From an uncultured candidate division Zixibacteria bacterium (GTDB lineage Bacteria; Zixibacteria; MSB-5A5; UBA10806), in assembly GCA_963801605.1 (NCBI GenBank), contig CAWDFP010000006.1, forward strand, positions 32,001 to 96,000: a stretch of 64,000 nt of DNA, in the 5' to 3' direction. This document shows positions 32,996 to 42,889 of the stretch, piece after piece (positions within the stretch are counted from its first letter, which is position 1; every line of letters begins with the position of its first letter). The position numbers were made by a program, and so were the translations under genes. The notes under the pieces were generated by a model, which worked only from the letters and a program-made list of their open reading frames with translations, did not search any database and was not told the origin of the DNA.

Positions 32996-33138
32996 TTTTT
33001 TAACATAACACGCCGTAATACGGGACAAAATGGGACAATATCGGAAAAGACGACATGGTGTAAGTCTTTGCCCTTGTCGTCTTTTATTGTTCGGTATTGT
33101 CCCGTGATAGGGGGCTGCATCTAACTTATAACCCGAAG
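32996..33138 (+). repeat. Hairpin-forming dispersed repeat, copy 2
   Basis: Direct repeat of 16763-16894 with an extra GGGACAA unit; inner arms AAAAGACGACA / TGTCGTCTTTT. Confidence 0.85.
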
Positions 33139-33359
33139 GTCCAAAATATATTGATGTGGGCACGAAAAAACTGGCGAGCGTCTCAAAATATAACCCCACT
33201 TCCTTAATATTGAATGATTTTTATGGTGCCCAAAATGTGACCCAAAAAGTTCAGCGTTATTCTATATTATTCAAGGATATAGCAGTTTAACCATTGGGAC
33301 GGGGAGAACAATACCCCAACCCCAACGATAACTTATTGTCAGGTAATTACTTATAAATC

Positions 33360-33719
33360 TGGAGGCGGGGGGAATCGAACCCCCGTCCGAAGATACCTCG
33401 GAAAAACCATCTACGCGCATAGGTTGTCTATTTGAGTCTCGGTCGTCAGTGTCGCCGATAACCAGGCTATCCGACAACCTATCCTTCTATTATTTCGCGA
33501 CCCAACCGAAGGCGTGAAGGGCCGCTATCTTATCTGAGTCGACGCTCTATTCCGAAGCCGATAAGCAGGCTCAGATAGAACGAGCCACCAGTGTCTTAGG
33601 CGGCCAGTGCGTACGAATAATCGTTGGCACTTAAAGTGTTCCCAGTTGATTAACGAGGCAAACTGGAACCTCGGCGCGCAAGTTTAACGTCAGCCATCCC
33701 GTCGAAACCTGTCGCCCCC
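33360..33719 (-). ncRNA. ssrA: tmRNA; tag peptide ANDYSYALAA
   Basis: 5' GGGGGCG pairs with 3' CGCCUCC-A including the G3:U pair; T-arm GGTTCGATTCC; tag ORF 33628-33596 ends ALAA-TAA; 360 nt; CCA not encoded. Confidence 0.97.
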
Positions 33720-33725
33720 ATGAAA

Positions 33726-33776
33726 TTTTCAAAGAACCAAGAGAAGTAATATAATCATTGTGAAACTTTATCGCAA
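33726..33776 (-). promoter_or_regulatory. ssrA promoter and boxA-like leader
   Basis: TTGCGA-17-TATATT; GTTCTTTGAAAA just before the mature 5' end. Confidence 0.6.
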
Positions 33777-33932
33777 TTGCTCGCTAATAATATATTACTC
33801 TTTTGCCCATAATAGTGTTCCCCCCTATCGGCAATCATAGACAATTTCAATGCTTTACAGCCGTCTATTATACTCCCCCGGATATTTCTTCTTGATAATG
33901 TCATGACGGGAGTATATGCTTAATCAGTAATT

Positions 33933-34916
33933 TTGCGAAAGGGCTCGGATATGGCATTGGATGATTCTGTCTTAAATTGGCTATTAGAAGATGAGAATCC
34001 GTCGGTTAAGTATTTAACAATGACTACAATTTTGGAAGAACCCGAAGATTCTAAATTCGCGAAAAAAACGAGAGCGCTGATAGCCAAATCACCATTCATT
34101 CTCGCTTTGTTCAACGGGCAGCAAAGGGATGGCAATTTCGGCTGTAATGTTTACGACAAATGGATGGGCGCTCATTGGCGGCTTCGATCCATTGTGGATT
34201 TAGCCATTCCCGAAGGCGACAAGCGGGCCATTAAGGCCGCTGATCAGGTTCTTCGTTGGCTCGAAAGCCCGGAGCATAAAAAGTATATCAGGCTTATCAA
34301 TGGCCTGACTCGGCGGTGTGCCTCGCAGGAAGGGAACGCCCTGGTGGCATGTTGCCGGCTCGGTATGGCGGACGACCCGCGCGTTCGAAATCTGGCTAAA
34401 TCTTTAATATCATGGCAATGGCCCGATGGCGGCTGGAATTGTGATAAGGAGATTACGGCGCACCACTCATCGTTTTATGAAAGCGTGATACCGATGTGGG
34501 GGCTTATGGAGTATCACCGTACAACGGGTGATAGGGCGGCGCTTTCTGCCGCAAATAGAACCGGAGATTTCATTCTACGTCATCGCCTTTTCCGTTCGGA
34601 AAAAACGGGAGAGATAATAAATTCAAACTGGCTTCGGTTACGCTACCCTCATTACTGGCATTATAATATTTTGCAGGGGTTATCGGCGCTCGCGATGCTC
34701 GGCAAGGTTAAAGATTCGCGCTGCTGCGAAGCGGTTGATATCATAGAGAAGAAACGTCGACCGGATGGCCGTTGGAAAGCAGACGGTTATCATTGGAAAT
34801 ATCCAATAGAGGGCGAAAGATATGGCTCGCCTGTCGATTGGTGGCGCGGCCAACCCAACAAGATGCTGACACTAAATGCACTTAGAGCCTTGAAGGCGGC
34901 GGGAAGACAGTTATGA
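33933..34916 (+). CDS. Conserved hypothetical protein (prenyltransferase/squalene-cyclase-like repeats)
   Basis: WLLE..PSVKY, QWPDGGWNC, YP.YW.Y and TL.ALR.L motifs. Confidence 0.7.
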   Translation: MRKGSDMALDDSVLNWLLEDENPSVKYLTMTTILEEPEDSKFAKKTRALIAKSPFILALFNGQQRDGNFGCNVYDKWMGAHWRLRSIVDLAIPEGDKRAIKAADQVLRWLESPEHKKYIRLINGLTRRCASQEGNALVACCRLGMADDPRVRNLAKSLISWQWPDGGWNCDKEITAHHSSFYESVIPMWGLMEYHRTTGDRAALSAANRTGDFILRHRLFRSEKTGEIINSNWLRLRYPHYWHYNILQGLSALAMLGKVKDSRCCEAVDIIEKKRRPDGRWKADGYHWKYPIEGERYGSPVDWWRGQPNKMLTLNALRALKAAGRQL

Positions 34917-35707
34917 TTGAAGAGATGCGCAAAATAAATATCAATGTAGCTGATATAAGAAACAAGCCCAGATTCAAATCCGAAAGGATAACGCAGGCCC
35001 TCTATAACGAATCGGTTGAAATTCTCAAAAGGGGCGAAGACTATTACCATGTAAAACTTCAAGACGGCTACAAAGGATATGTTAAAAAACTCTTCCTTTC
35101 AAAAGATGATGCGGAAAGCGGACAAAATTTTATAATCAAATCCCCGTTGGCCGCGGTTTACGCCAAACCCGATGAGCACTCCTCAGTATTGACCATGCTT
35201 CCATTCGCGGCTGAACTCAAGGCTCAAAGCGAAAATGAACATTTCATGTCCGCGCATTCTCATCGTTATGGCGATATCTTCATAAAAAGCCCGGATCTTC
35301 TCCCAATCGCTAAGAGGCCCAGACTGACCAAAGAAAATATCCCGCTAATGCTTGATATAGCGCGCCAATTTATGGGAGTCCCTTATCTCTGGGGCGGTAG
35401 ATCGTATTTTGGGGTCGATTGCTCGGGTTATGTGAATGTGATCCTGAAGTATTTCGGAATCATGATGCCCAGAAAAACGAAGGATCAGGTCAAGTTCGGG
35501 AAGAAAGTCCCTTATGGAGAGATCGAGGTTGGCGATCTGCTTTTTTTTAGAATTCATGTCGGGATTGCTCTTAATAAGACCGATTATATCCACTCCAGCC
35601 TTTCACAGGGCGGCGTGCACATAAATTCTCTTGATCCGGAATCGAATAAATACCTTCGCTTTCGAGACCTGAGCCTAAGAGCAGTTAGGCGATTTACGAC
35701 TGATTAG
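34913..35707 (+). CDS. NlpC/P60 (C40) peptidase with SH3-like domains
   Basis: PYLWGG...GVDCSG, GDLLFF and HVGI...IH motifs. Confidence 0.92.
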   Translation: MIEEMRKININVADIRNKPRFKSERITQALYNESVEILKRGEDYYHVKLQDGYKGYVKKLFLSKDDAESGQNFIIKSPLAAVYAKPDEHSSVLTMLPFAAELKAQSENEHFMSAHSHRYGDIFIKSPDLLPIAKRPRLTKENIPLMLDIARQFMGVPYLWGGRSYFGVDCSGYVNVILKYFGIMMPRKTKDQVKFGKKVPYGEIEVGDLLFFRIHVGIALNKTDYIHSSLSQGGVHINSLDPESNKYLRFRDLSLRAVRRFTTD

Positions 35708-35864
35708 AATATTTGCAATTTGTTGTCCAATTGCCCGCAAAATAATATTATTTTTAAGCAACTAAAACCGAAACCGGACAGGCGTTATCATAGTTTCATA
35801 GGAGTAGCATTGTTGCGGGTTTGATTATTGGATTTAATTAAATAAAGAAATGAGGAAGGAATAA

Positions 35865-36429
35865 ATGATTCAGATTGGAAAAACGATTCCGAATTTTGAG
35901 ATCGAGGCTTATCACGATGATGAAATCAAGAAAATTGAACTTTCTGATTATCGAGGCAGATGGCTGGTGATGCTGTTCTATCCGGCTGATTTTACTTTTA
36001 TCTGCCCAACAGAACTCGAGGAAGCCGCCTTACTATATGACCGTTTTAAGTTAGAAGGCGCCGAGATTATAAGTGTCAGTACCGATACCGTATTCACCCA
36101 TAAAGCCTGGCATGATTCGTCAAAATCTATAGGTAAAATCAAGTATCCGATGGCTGCCGACCCGACTGGAAGGCTCTGCCGTACGCTGGGTACTTATATC
36201 GAATCTGAGGGAGTTTCTCTTCGGGCCAGCTTAATAATTGATCCCGATGGCGTATTGAAGGCTGTCGATATTCATGATAACAGCATCGGGCGGAACGCTA
36301 ATGAGATTCTTGCGTAAACTTCAAGCTGCCAGATTCGTGCGCGAAAACGAAGGATTAGTCTGCCCGGCCAGTTGGTCCCCCGGTAAAGATACCATGCGTC
36401 CCGGATTAGGATTGGTGGGGAAAATTTAA
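35865..36429 (+). CDS. ahpC: 2-Cys peroxiredoxin; frameshift near 36311
   Basis: FYPADFTFICPTE; resolving VCPA.W.PG motif in the shifted frame. Confidence 0.92.
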
Positions 36430-36557
36430 GATCTCCGATTAATTATCATATAAATGCCCGCAATCATAGATGTTTGCGGGCATTCTTATATTGGGGAGAT
36501 GATTTAGAAAGCCGGGCACAGGAGTTGAATTCCAGTATAATAGTCCATAACCGGTAA

Positions 36558-38066
36558 CTACTTTTCAATATCGGCTTTTGCCTGGCGGGCCAGTTGTAGA
36601 ATTTCCCAATACGGCGGACGGTACCCTTGGTTCGATTGAAAATCCACAGCAAGTTCCAGCGTCTTATCTCTTATTTTATCATGTCTGGCAGTATAGCTTT
36701 TATTTCTCAGGGCGCCCTCTGCACTCATACCCTCAGGGACCGGCCCCACCGCTCCGAAGCGATTAATAATCCAACTATAAAGCTTGGCAATCCTCGCCAG
36801 CGGCAACATGAAGATATTGTAGGATAAATCGTCACCCCTCTCAGCACCTTCGAGCATAGCGTCAGTGACGGCATTATCGATGTGATCTTTGTAAAGCGTT
36901 TCGATATCGCGCCACTCCGCCACAACCGTAAGCTTCGGATCATATTCCAGATCGGATGGCTCCTGTGTTTCGAAGTGGGTGACTCCAAAATATGAGAGCC
37001 AGCGAACCACGCCCGGCGATGAGATAGACGATTTCTTTGCCCAGAGCTGAACACCAGCCCCGGCATAAGGATCAAGTACAACCTCGGAGCAGAACTGGCG
37101 CGAATTATCTTGCGAATCCATCTCAAAATCGTAAGCAATGTGCCGACTTTTAGCCTCGTCCAAAGCCGCTTTTGCTACTCTGTGTGGAAGCATGGGATCG
37201 GCGACCATCTGCGGCAGGTCATGGCGAAGCCGCAATATCATCACTCGAAGCTTTTTATCTTTAAGGTAGCTTTCAAGCGATGATATGGTTACTCCTCGTT
37301 CGATATGAGATTCTATAATCGAAGCCAGGTTAGTCTGGGGATCGACATAGACCAGCGCCGCATGAGAGAAGTTGCCCTGATAATTGCTGCCCCGAGCTAT
37401 CAACGCTGATGTGGCCGCTCCTCCTCGCGATATAAGGATATCGCCACTGTGTATGGTGGCGCCCAAAATTCTCGTGAAGGGAGTCGACGAAGGCTCCTCA
37501 TTGCAGGCAAGGAGTGGCGTGAGGGTGTCCGATGCAACCTGCAGCATGATCTCCTCGAGCGCCCCCCTGGCTCCATAAAGCAGACGATAAGTGGTTTCCT
37601 GCGCGAGATCGCTGCTTATATCCCAATTAATTGACTGCTTCTTAATTGAATTCCTGAGTTTGACGGTAAGCGTTTGGAAATCGCCCAGGTAATTGGGGCA
37701 GATCGCTACCATTATGGCCAGGTTGAACAGGTTATTTTCGAGGTGATGGTAAATCGGAGAATCGGGATTATATTCTGTTAAGGAGAGCAGATCAAGCAAA
37801 CTATCTTCACTATGAAAATCGTCGGTAATTCGGGGCAAAAGGCTGGGGCATCCTACAGCTCTGGCTTGTTTGAAATTTCGTTCGAGCAGTAACCAGTGAT
37901 CGTCCTGGCTCCAGGCAAATGGCTTTTTATAATCGTTTTGAACTTTGGGAGTTGAATCGGGAATTAGAAGCAGGGCATAGAATAAAGTCAATAAAATCAA
38001 AGCGATAAAGGCTCTTTTCTTAGTCATTATTTTAACTCCACTTAACGATGCCCTGAACCATAACAA
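36558..38066 (-). CDS. YiiX/YebB-like permuted papain-like amidase
   Basis: GDILISRG, FSHAAL, YDF and FCSEV (His before Cys) motifs. Confidence 0.85.
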   Translation of the reverse strand: MLWFRASLSGVKIMTKKRAFIALILLTLFYALLLIPDSTPKVQNDYKKPFAWSQDDHWLLLERNFKQARAVGCPSLLPRITDDFHSEDSLLDLLSLTEYNPDSPIYHHLENNLFNLAIMVAICPNYLGDFQTLTVKLRNSIKKQSINWDISSDLAQETTYRLLYGARGALEEIMLQVASDTLTPLLACNEEPSSTPFTRILGATIHSGDILISRGGAATSALIARGSNYQGNFSHAALVYVDPQTNLASIIESHIERGVTISSLESYLKDKKLRVMILRLRHDLPQMVADPMLPHRVAKAALDEAKSRHIAYDFEMDSQDNSRQFCSEVVLDPYAGAGVQLWAKKSSISSPGVVRWLSYFGVTHFETQEPSDLEYDPKLTVVAEWRDIETLYKDHIDNAVTDAMLEGAERGDDLSYNIFMLPLARIAKLYSWIINRFGAVGPVPEGMSAEGALRNKSYTARHDKIRDKTLELAVDFQSNQGYRPPYWEILQLARQAKADIEK

Positions 38067-38232
38067 GCTCTAATTAAGGCGTAGCGATGATTAAAGCAAT
38101 CAATTTCGGGCCAAAATCTGTTTTGAGGTTTCAAAATTATAATATTATTACACTTGATAATTTTATTCGATTATACCATCATAATATAAGTAAAACAATC
38201 GAACAGGTTTAAATAGCATCGGGGCGGGAATT

Positions 38233-39012
38233 ATGGATATCTACAAGGAAATTGCGGAGCGTCTTGAACAGGGCAAGCCATTTGTGCTGGCAACTCTTAT
38301 CCACACTTCAGGGTCAGTGCCAAGGGATCCGGGCGCCAAAATGCTGGTTTTTCCGGATGGCACCATTTCGGGCACAATTGGCGGTGGCAAATTCGAAAAA
38401 ATGATTATAGATGATTGCTTAGCCATGTTTGCCGATAATTCAACAAACCAGCTAAAAAGTTATCTTCTGCAGGACTCCGGACCAGATGCCATAGGCATGT
38501 ATTGCGGCGGCAAAGCCGAGGTTTTCCTTGAAAGGTTTTCCCGTCCCGAGACACTGTATATTTTCGGAGGGGGACATATCGGGCGAGACCTGGCAAAAAT
38601 TGCTCTCGGTTTGAATTTTAGAATCATTGTAATCGATGACAGGCAGGACATACTATCGCAATATCAGAGCCCGGTTGAGACTATCCTTACAGATACCAGT
38701 TTCGATCTGGATTTCCCTCAGATAAGTGACGACAGTTATGTGGTTATCGTGACACATGGGCATAAAGGCGATCGCGACGTGCTTTCGAAAGTGATAAATA
38801 CCAGCTGCGCTTATATCGGAATGATCGGTTCAAAAACCAAGATTGCCAAGACTTTTGCATCGCTGGAGGAAGCTGGAATTGATCGAGAAAAATTATCTCG
38901 GGTGCATAGTCCCATCGGCCTCGATATTGGCGCCGAGGGGCCGTACGAGATTGCAGTGGCAATAGCGGCTGAAATAATTGCGGCCAAACGGAAACAAGCA
39001 GCCAAAAAATAA
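38233..39012 (+). CDS. xdhC: XdhC/CoxI Moco sulfuration and insertion chaperone
   Basis: GS.PR..GAKM, GTIGGG, CGG, YIGMIGS and PIGLDIG..P.EIA motifs. Confidence 0.95.
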   Translation: MDIYKEIAERLEQGKPFVLATLIHTSGSVPRDPGAKMLVFPDGTISGTIGGGKFEKMIIDDCLAMFADNSTNQLKSYLLQDSGPDAIGMYCGGKAEVFLERFSRPETLYIFGGGHIGRDLAKIALGLNFRIIVIDDRQDILSQYQSPVETILTDTSFDLDFPQISDDSYVVIVTHGHKGDRDVLSKVINTSCAYIGMIGSKTKIAKTFASLEEAGIDREKLSRVHSPIGLDIGAEGPYEIAVAIAAEIIAAKRKQAAKK

Positions 39013-39025
39013 CAGATATTTATTG

Positions 39026-39237
39026 GGGTCATAACAAATTATGACATCCAATTAGATTTTTGTTGGGTTTCTCGTCCGGGAAATCGCAATACGCCTACAC
39101 CAAAGAAATATGATAATATATATGATTGAGCAACTGCCTTTATCAACATCCCCTGAATTGTGTCGCTACGGAATTTAATAAACGAATCCTACACCAAAGA
39201 AAGGATGTGGTCACATTTAATTGTGACACACATCCTT
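39026..39237. repeat. Degenerate palindromic (REP-like) cluster, possibly a bidirectional terminator
   Basis: GTCATAA..TTATGAC; CCTACACCAAAGAA twice, 95 bp apart; AAGGATGTG-GTCACA..TGTGAC-ACACATCCTT between convergent genes. Confidence 0.55.
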
Positions 39238-39255
39238 GGCTACTTAGTATTAAAA

Positions 39256-40308
39256 TTATTCTATGATTTCCCAGTTTGGCTGGTATTTATCGAGTTCGAT
39301 TCGGGTACGCTCGTCCAGGGGATGAGGACGCTCGGGTATTTCGACATGCTTATCGACTCCACACAGCGGAGTAGAAAAATAACGCTGGCCGGTATCGTTA
39401 ATCATGGTAACGATCCGTTTCAGTTGCGGATGTTTCTTGGCGAGCTTGATGGCCGCGGCGATATTAGAGCCCGATGATATTCCGCAGAATATGCCCTCCA
39501 TACGAGCCATCTTTCTGGCCATCTCTAAGGCTTCGGATGTGGTGGTAGTGATAATGCCATGCAGAAGTGAAACATCGAGATTGATCGGTACAAAGCCATC
39601 GCCGATACCCTCGATACCGTGCGGACCCCAGGCTCGCTTTGAAAGGAGCGGGCACTCCGCGGGTTCGATCGCATAAAGTTTGGTTTTCCCTTTTTGTTTG
39701 CGGATATATTTTCCAACGCCGGTTAAGGTGCCACCGGTGCCCTGCGTGGCGATGAAAGCGTCGAGCCTGCCACCAGTCTGCTCCCAAATTTCGGGGCCGG
39801 TGGTCTTGAAATGAGCGGCCACGTTATCGGCGTTATCAAACTGCGCCGGCACCCAATATTTCTTTGGATTTTGAGAGCGGATTAGCGCAAGCTTCTCAAG
39901 CGCCAAATCAACGTCGCTCTCCCCGCCCGGCGTATAGACCATTTGAGTGCCATAGGCGATATCGAGCATCTTACGTTCCTCGGACATGCCCTCAGGCATA
40001 ACAATAATGCAGGGATATCCCTTAACTGCGGCGACAAATGAACAACCAATACCGGCGTTGCCGGTGGAACATTCCAAAACAGTCATGCCGGGTTTAAGCT
40101 CGCCTCGCTTTTCGGCCAGATTGAACATATTGAGGTAGATGCGATCTTTAAGGCTGCCCGACGGCGAAAAATATTCGACCTTGCCCAATATCTCGCATTC
40201 TACGCCCATCGATTTCGGAATTTTATTCAATTTAACAAGCGGCGTTCTGCCGATAGTATCGAAAATGTTTTTGGAAATACGTTTGTTGCTGTCCCATTTG
40301 ACTGGCAT
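39256..40308 (-). CDS. Cysteine-synthase-like PLP enzyme (fold II)
   Basis: IGRTPLV, SGSLKDR, STGNAG, GTGGT, IEGIG and GISSG motifs. Confidence 0.9.
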   Translation of the reverse strand: MPVKWDSNKRISKNIFDTIGRTPLVKLNKIPKSMGVECEILGKVEYFSPSGSLKDRIYLNMFNLAEKRGELKPGMTVLECSTGNAGIGCSFVAAVKGYPCIIVMPEGMSEERKMLDIAYGTQMVYTPGGESDVDLALEKLALIRSQNPKKYWVPAQFDNADNVAAHFKTTGPEIWEQTGGRLDAFIATQGTGGTLTGVGKYIRKQKGKTKLYAIEPAECPLLSKRAWGPHGIEGIGDGFVPINLDVSLLHGIITTTTSEALEMARKMARMEGIFCGISSGSNIAAAIKLAKKHPQLKRIVTMINDTGQRYFSTPLCGVDKHVEIPERPHPLDERTRIELDKYQPNWEIIE

Positions 40309-40319
40309 GTTAGTCTCTC

Positions 40320-41573
40320 CTATTTGAAAAGCTTTCTTATTCTCCGTTCGATTGCACCGATATCGGGATCAACCAGTTCGATATCAGATGAGATATTCGT
40401 CGCGGCGGCCTCGATATCCTTTAAGCCGTGCCCGGTAAAAAGAACTACGGTTGTTTCATCCCTATCTATCTGGCCAGATTCCACGAGATTTAGAAGTCCG
40501 GCGTATGAGGCGGCGGCCGCAGGCTCAACGAAAATTCCTCCCTGCCGGGCGATTATCTTTTGCGCCGAGAGAATCTCATCCTCGCCAACTGCGATCATGG
40601 CACCCTGAGTGGTCCTCACGGCTCGAAGCGCCTTAAAGCTATCCCTGGGGTAACCGACCGAGATTGAATCGGCAATGGTTTCGGTGGCACTTAAGAGGAT
40701 CGGCTCGCCATCCATCATAAAAGCTGAAACCAGCGGGCTGGCCCCTTTGGCCTGGATTCCATAAAGGCGCGGCATTTTATCTATCAAGCCCAAACCCAAC
40801 AAATCGGAAAAACCTTTGTAAAGTCCGCCAATAATGCAGCCATCGCCGACCGGACAGATGACAGAATCAGGCGCTTTACCGAGGTCTCGCGCCATTTCAA
40901 GCGCGGCGCTTTTTTTGCCCTCTCCCGTGTAGGGATTAACTGCGGTATTACGATTGTACCATCCGAATTTTTGGCAAGCCTCCTGGCAAAAATCGAAAGC
41001 GTGATCGTAGTCGCAGTCAAGTTTGATGATATGCGCACCGTGTATTGCGATTTGCACCATTTTGGGACGAGGAGCGTTTTTCGGGACAAAGACTATAGTC
41101 TCAAGCGATGTCGCAGCGGCCAGCGTGGCCAATGATGAAGCGGCATTTCCGGTGGACGCAGTTGCGATCACCTTAGCCCCCGCTTCCTGCGCCATGGCAA
41201 TTGCCACGGCCGAGGCACGATCTTTGAATGACGCCGATGGGTTTCTACCATCGTCTTTAACCCAGAGTTCTTTCATTTTAGCTGCTTTAGCCAATTTAAT
41301 GGATTTGAACTGTGGGGTCTGGCCAACCGGTATCGGAGGCAGGTTTTCTCTGGATTTAAATGGGAAAATATCCTCAAGGGATTCAAATACCGGCTTGCAA
41401 CGATGCAGAAGCTGAAGCGCTTTGTATTTGCTTTTTAGTTTCTCTAAGGGATAGATAACATCGAGGGTGCCGCGAAAGGGGCTACAGTTGGGACAGGTAT
41501 ATACATCGGAATCTTCCGCAAATTCGCGTTCGCAATTAACACATCTAAGCTTAAATTTCAAATTCTCTCCCAT
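40320..41573 (-). CDS. Threonine-synthase-like PLP enzyme with N-terminal Zn ribbon
   Basis: CxxC..CPxC, SASFKDR, ASTGNA and TGHGLKD motifs. Confidence 0.9.
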   Translation of the reverse strand: MGENLKFKLRCVNCEREFAEDSDVYTCPNCSPFRGTLDVIYPLEKLKSKYKALQLLHRCKPVFESLEDIFPFKSRENLPPIPVGQTPQFKSIKLAKAAKMKELWVKDDGRNPSASFKDRASAVAIAMAQEAGAKVIATASTGNAASSLATLAAATSLETIVFVPKNAPRPKMVQIAIHGAHIIKLDCDYDHAFDFCQEACQKFGWYNRNTAVNPYTGEGKKSAALEMARDLGKAPDSVICPVGDGCIIGGLYKGFSDLLGLGLIDKMPRLYGIQAKGASPLVSAFMMDGEPILLSATETIADSISVGYPRDSFKALRAVRTTQGAMIAVGEDEILSAQKIIARQGGIFVEPAAAASYAGLLNLVESGQIDRDETTVVLFTGHGLKDIEAAATNISSDIELVDPDIGAIERRIRKLFK

Positions 41574-42886
41574 AACGATTTAGCTAATTTTCCGGCTTCA
41601 GACAGCATGCCGTCATAATCGAATCTTTCAAATTTGCCGCCGGATAATATTTTAGAACCCCCGATCCAAACTGAATCGGCAGACAGATCGCAAAGGCCAT
41701 AGAGATAATGCCCGATAATATTGGCGGCGTTAAGCGGTGTGGGCGGATTGTATCGCCAGAGGACCAGATCGGCGGGATAGCCCGGCGCAATCCGACCGAC
41801 TCTCATTCCGGTGATCTTTTCAAAGATGGATGGATTTCGCTCGAGCAGCATTTCTCCAATTTGACCGAAACCGAAATCGGGGTCTTCCTTTTCATGCCTC
41901 GATAAATAGAGAGCCGCTTTAGCCTCATGTAGCATATCGGAGGCGATACCATCCGTGCCCAAGCCGATGGAAAGACGATCATAATCCCACCAAGGTGCGA
42001 ATCCGACAGCATTATTCTGATTGGATCGAGCGCACAACGCCAGGTTGGTTTTAGTTGAACTTAATTTTGAAATTTCATTTGTATCGAGATGGACTCCGTG
42101 CACAGCCAGGCTGCGTTCATTAAGCAAACCATAGTTGGCGAAACGTTCAGCGGCTTTGTGTCCATATTTTTCAAGCGATATTTTTTGATCGATCCGATCC
42201 TCAGCCAAATGAAAATGGTAACCCGAAGAATATTGTTTGGTGGTATCGGCAATAGCTTTTAGATTTTCATTCGATAGAGTCATCGAGGCGTGCAGGCCAA
42301 CCATTGCAGTTAGATTGCTTTTCACGCCACCATAGGGCCATTTGCTGAGCGCATCAACTGACTCATTAATTCCGAGGTTGAAAGCTTTTTCCCCGGCGCG
42401 ATTAGACAGTTCAAAGCATAGCGAGCCGCGCAAGCCGATAGTTTCGAATGCAAGGGCGATTTTATCCAGAGAGCCTTTAATCGTACGCTGGCTGGAATGG
42501 TGATCGACGACCGATGTCACACCCGAAAGAATAGACCGGCTGAGGCCAACGAGGGCGGAATAGTAGATATCATCAAGATTAAGACCTTCATCAAGGGGCC
42601 ACCAGATGCGCTCCAGGATTTCCTTGAAATTAGATGGGGGTAATGATTTCGGAATCCAGCCGCGCGCAAATGATGAGTAAAGGTGATGGTGAAGATTAAC
42701 CAGCCCCGGTGCAAGTAATCCCTGACCAATATTCTCAAGGGGAACTTTGGGATTGTCATGTTTGATCTTTTCTACAGGACCAATCTCGCGAATAATCCCG
42801 TCTTCAATAAGAACCGCGCCTTTTTCGAAGAAAGCGTCAGGCTTATCATTGCTGAAAATTGAAGAACCGGTTAAGATTGTTTTCAT
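41558..42886 (-). CDS. ssnA: SsnA-like amidohydrolase
   Basis: NLHHHLYS, DHH, GLHAS.T, HLAE, SN.NNAVG and GTDG motifs. Confidence 0.88.
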   Translation of the reverse strand: MKTILTGSSIFSNDKPDAFFEKGAVLIEDGIIREIGPVEKIKHDNPKVPLENIGQGLLAPGLVNLHHHLYSSFARGWIPKSLPPSNFKEILERIWWPLDEGLNLDDIYYSALVGLSRSILSGVTSVVDHHSSQRTIKGSLDKIALAFETIGLRGSLCFELSNRAGEKAFNLGINESVDALSKWPYGGVKSNLTAMVGLHASMTLSNENLKAIADTTKQYSSGYHFHLAEDRIDQKISLEKYGHKAAERFANYGLLNERSLAVHGVHLDTNEISKLSSTKTNLALCARSNQNNAVGFAPWWDYDRLSIGLGTDGIASDMLHEAKAALYLSRHEKEDPDFGFGQIGEMLLERNPSIFEKITGMRVGRIAPGYPADLVLWRYNPPTPLNAANIIGHYLYGLCDLSADSVWIGGSKILSGGKFERFDYDGMLSEAGKLAKSLWERI

Positions 42887-42889
42887 AGT

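Larger units (their letters stand above)
10538..33379. mobile_element. Putative ~22.8 kb genomic island integrated at the ssrA 3' end; no integrase visible
   Basis: Bounded by a direct repeat of the tmRNA 3' end; AT-rich non-coding ends; accessory cargo. Confidence 0.6.

Noticed and set aside
33271..33477. 68-aa ORF overlapping ssrA, and other short antisense ORFs in the track
   Set aside because: Shadow ORFs of the tmRNA or of well-supported genes
33869..33916. TATACTCCC...GGGAGTATA inverted repeat upstream of the 33933 gene
   Set aside because: A single 9-bp pair with a long loop; no function assignable
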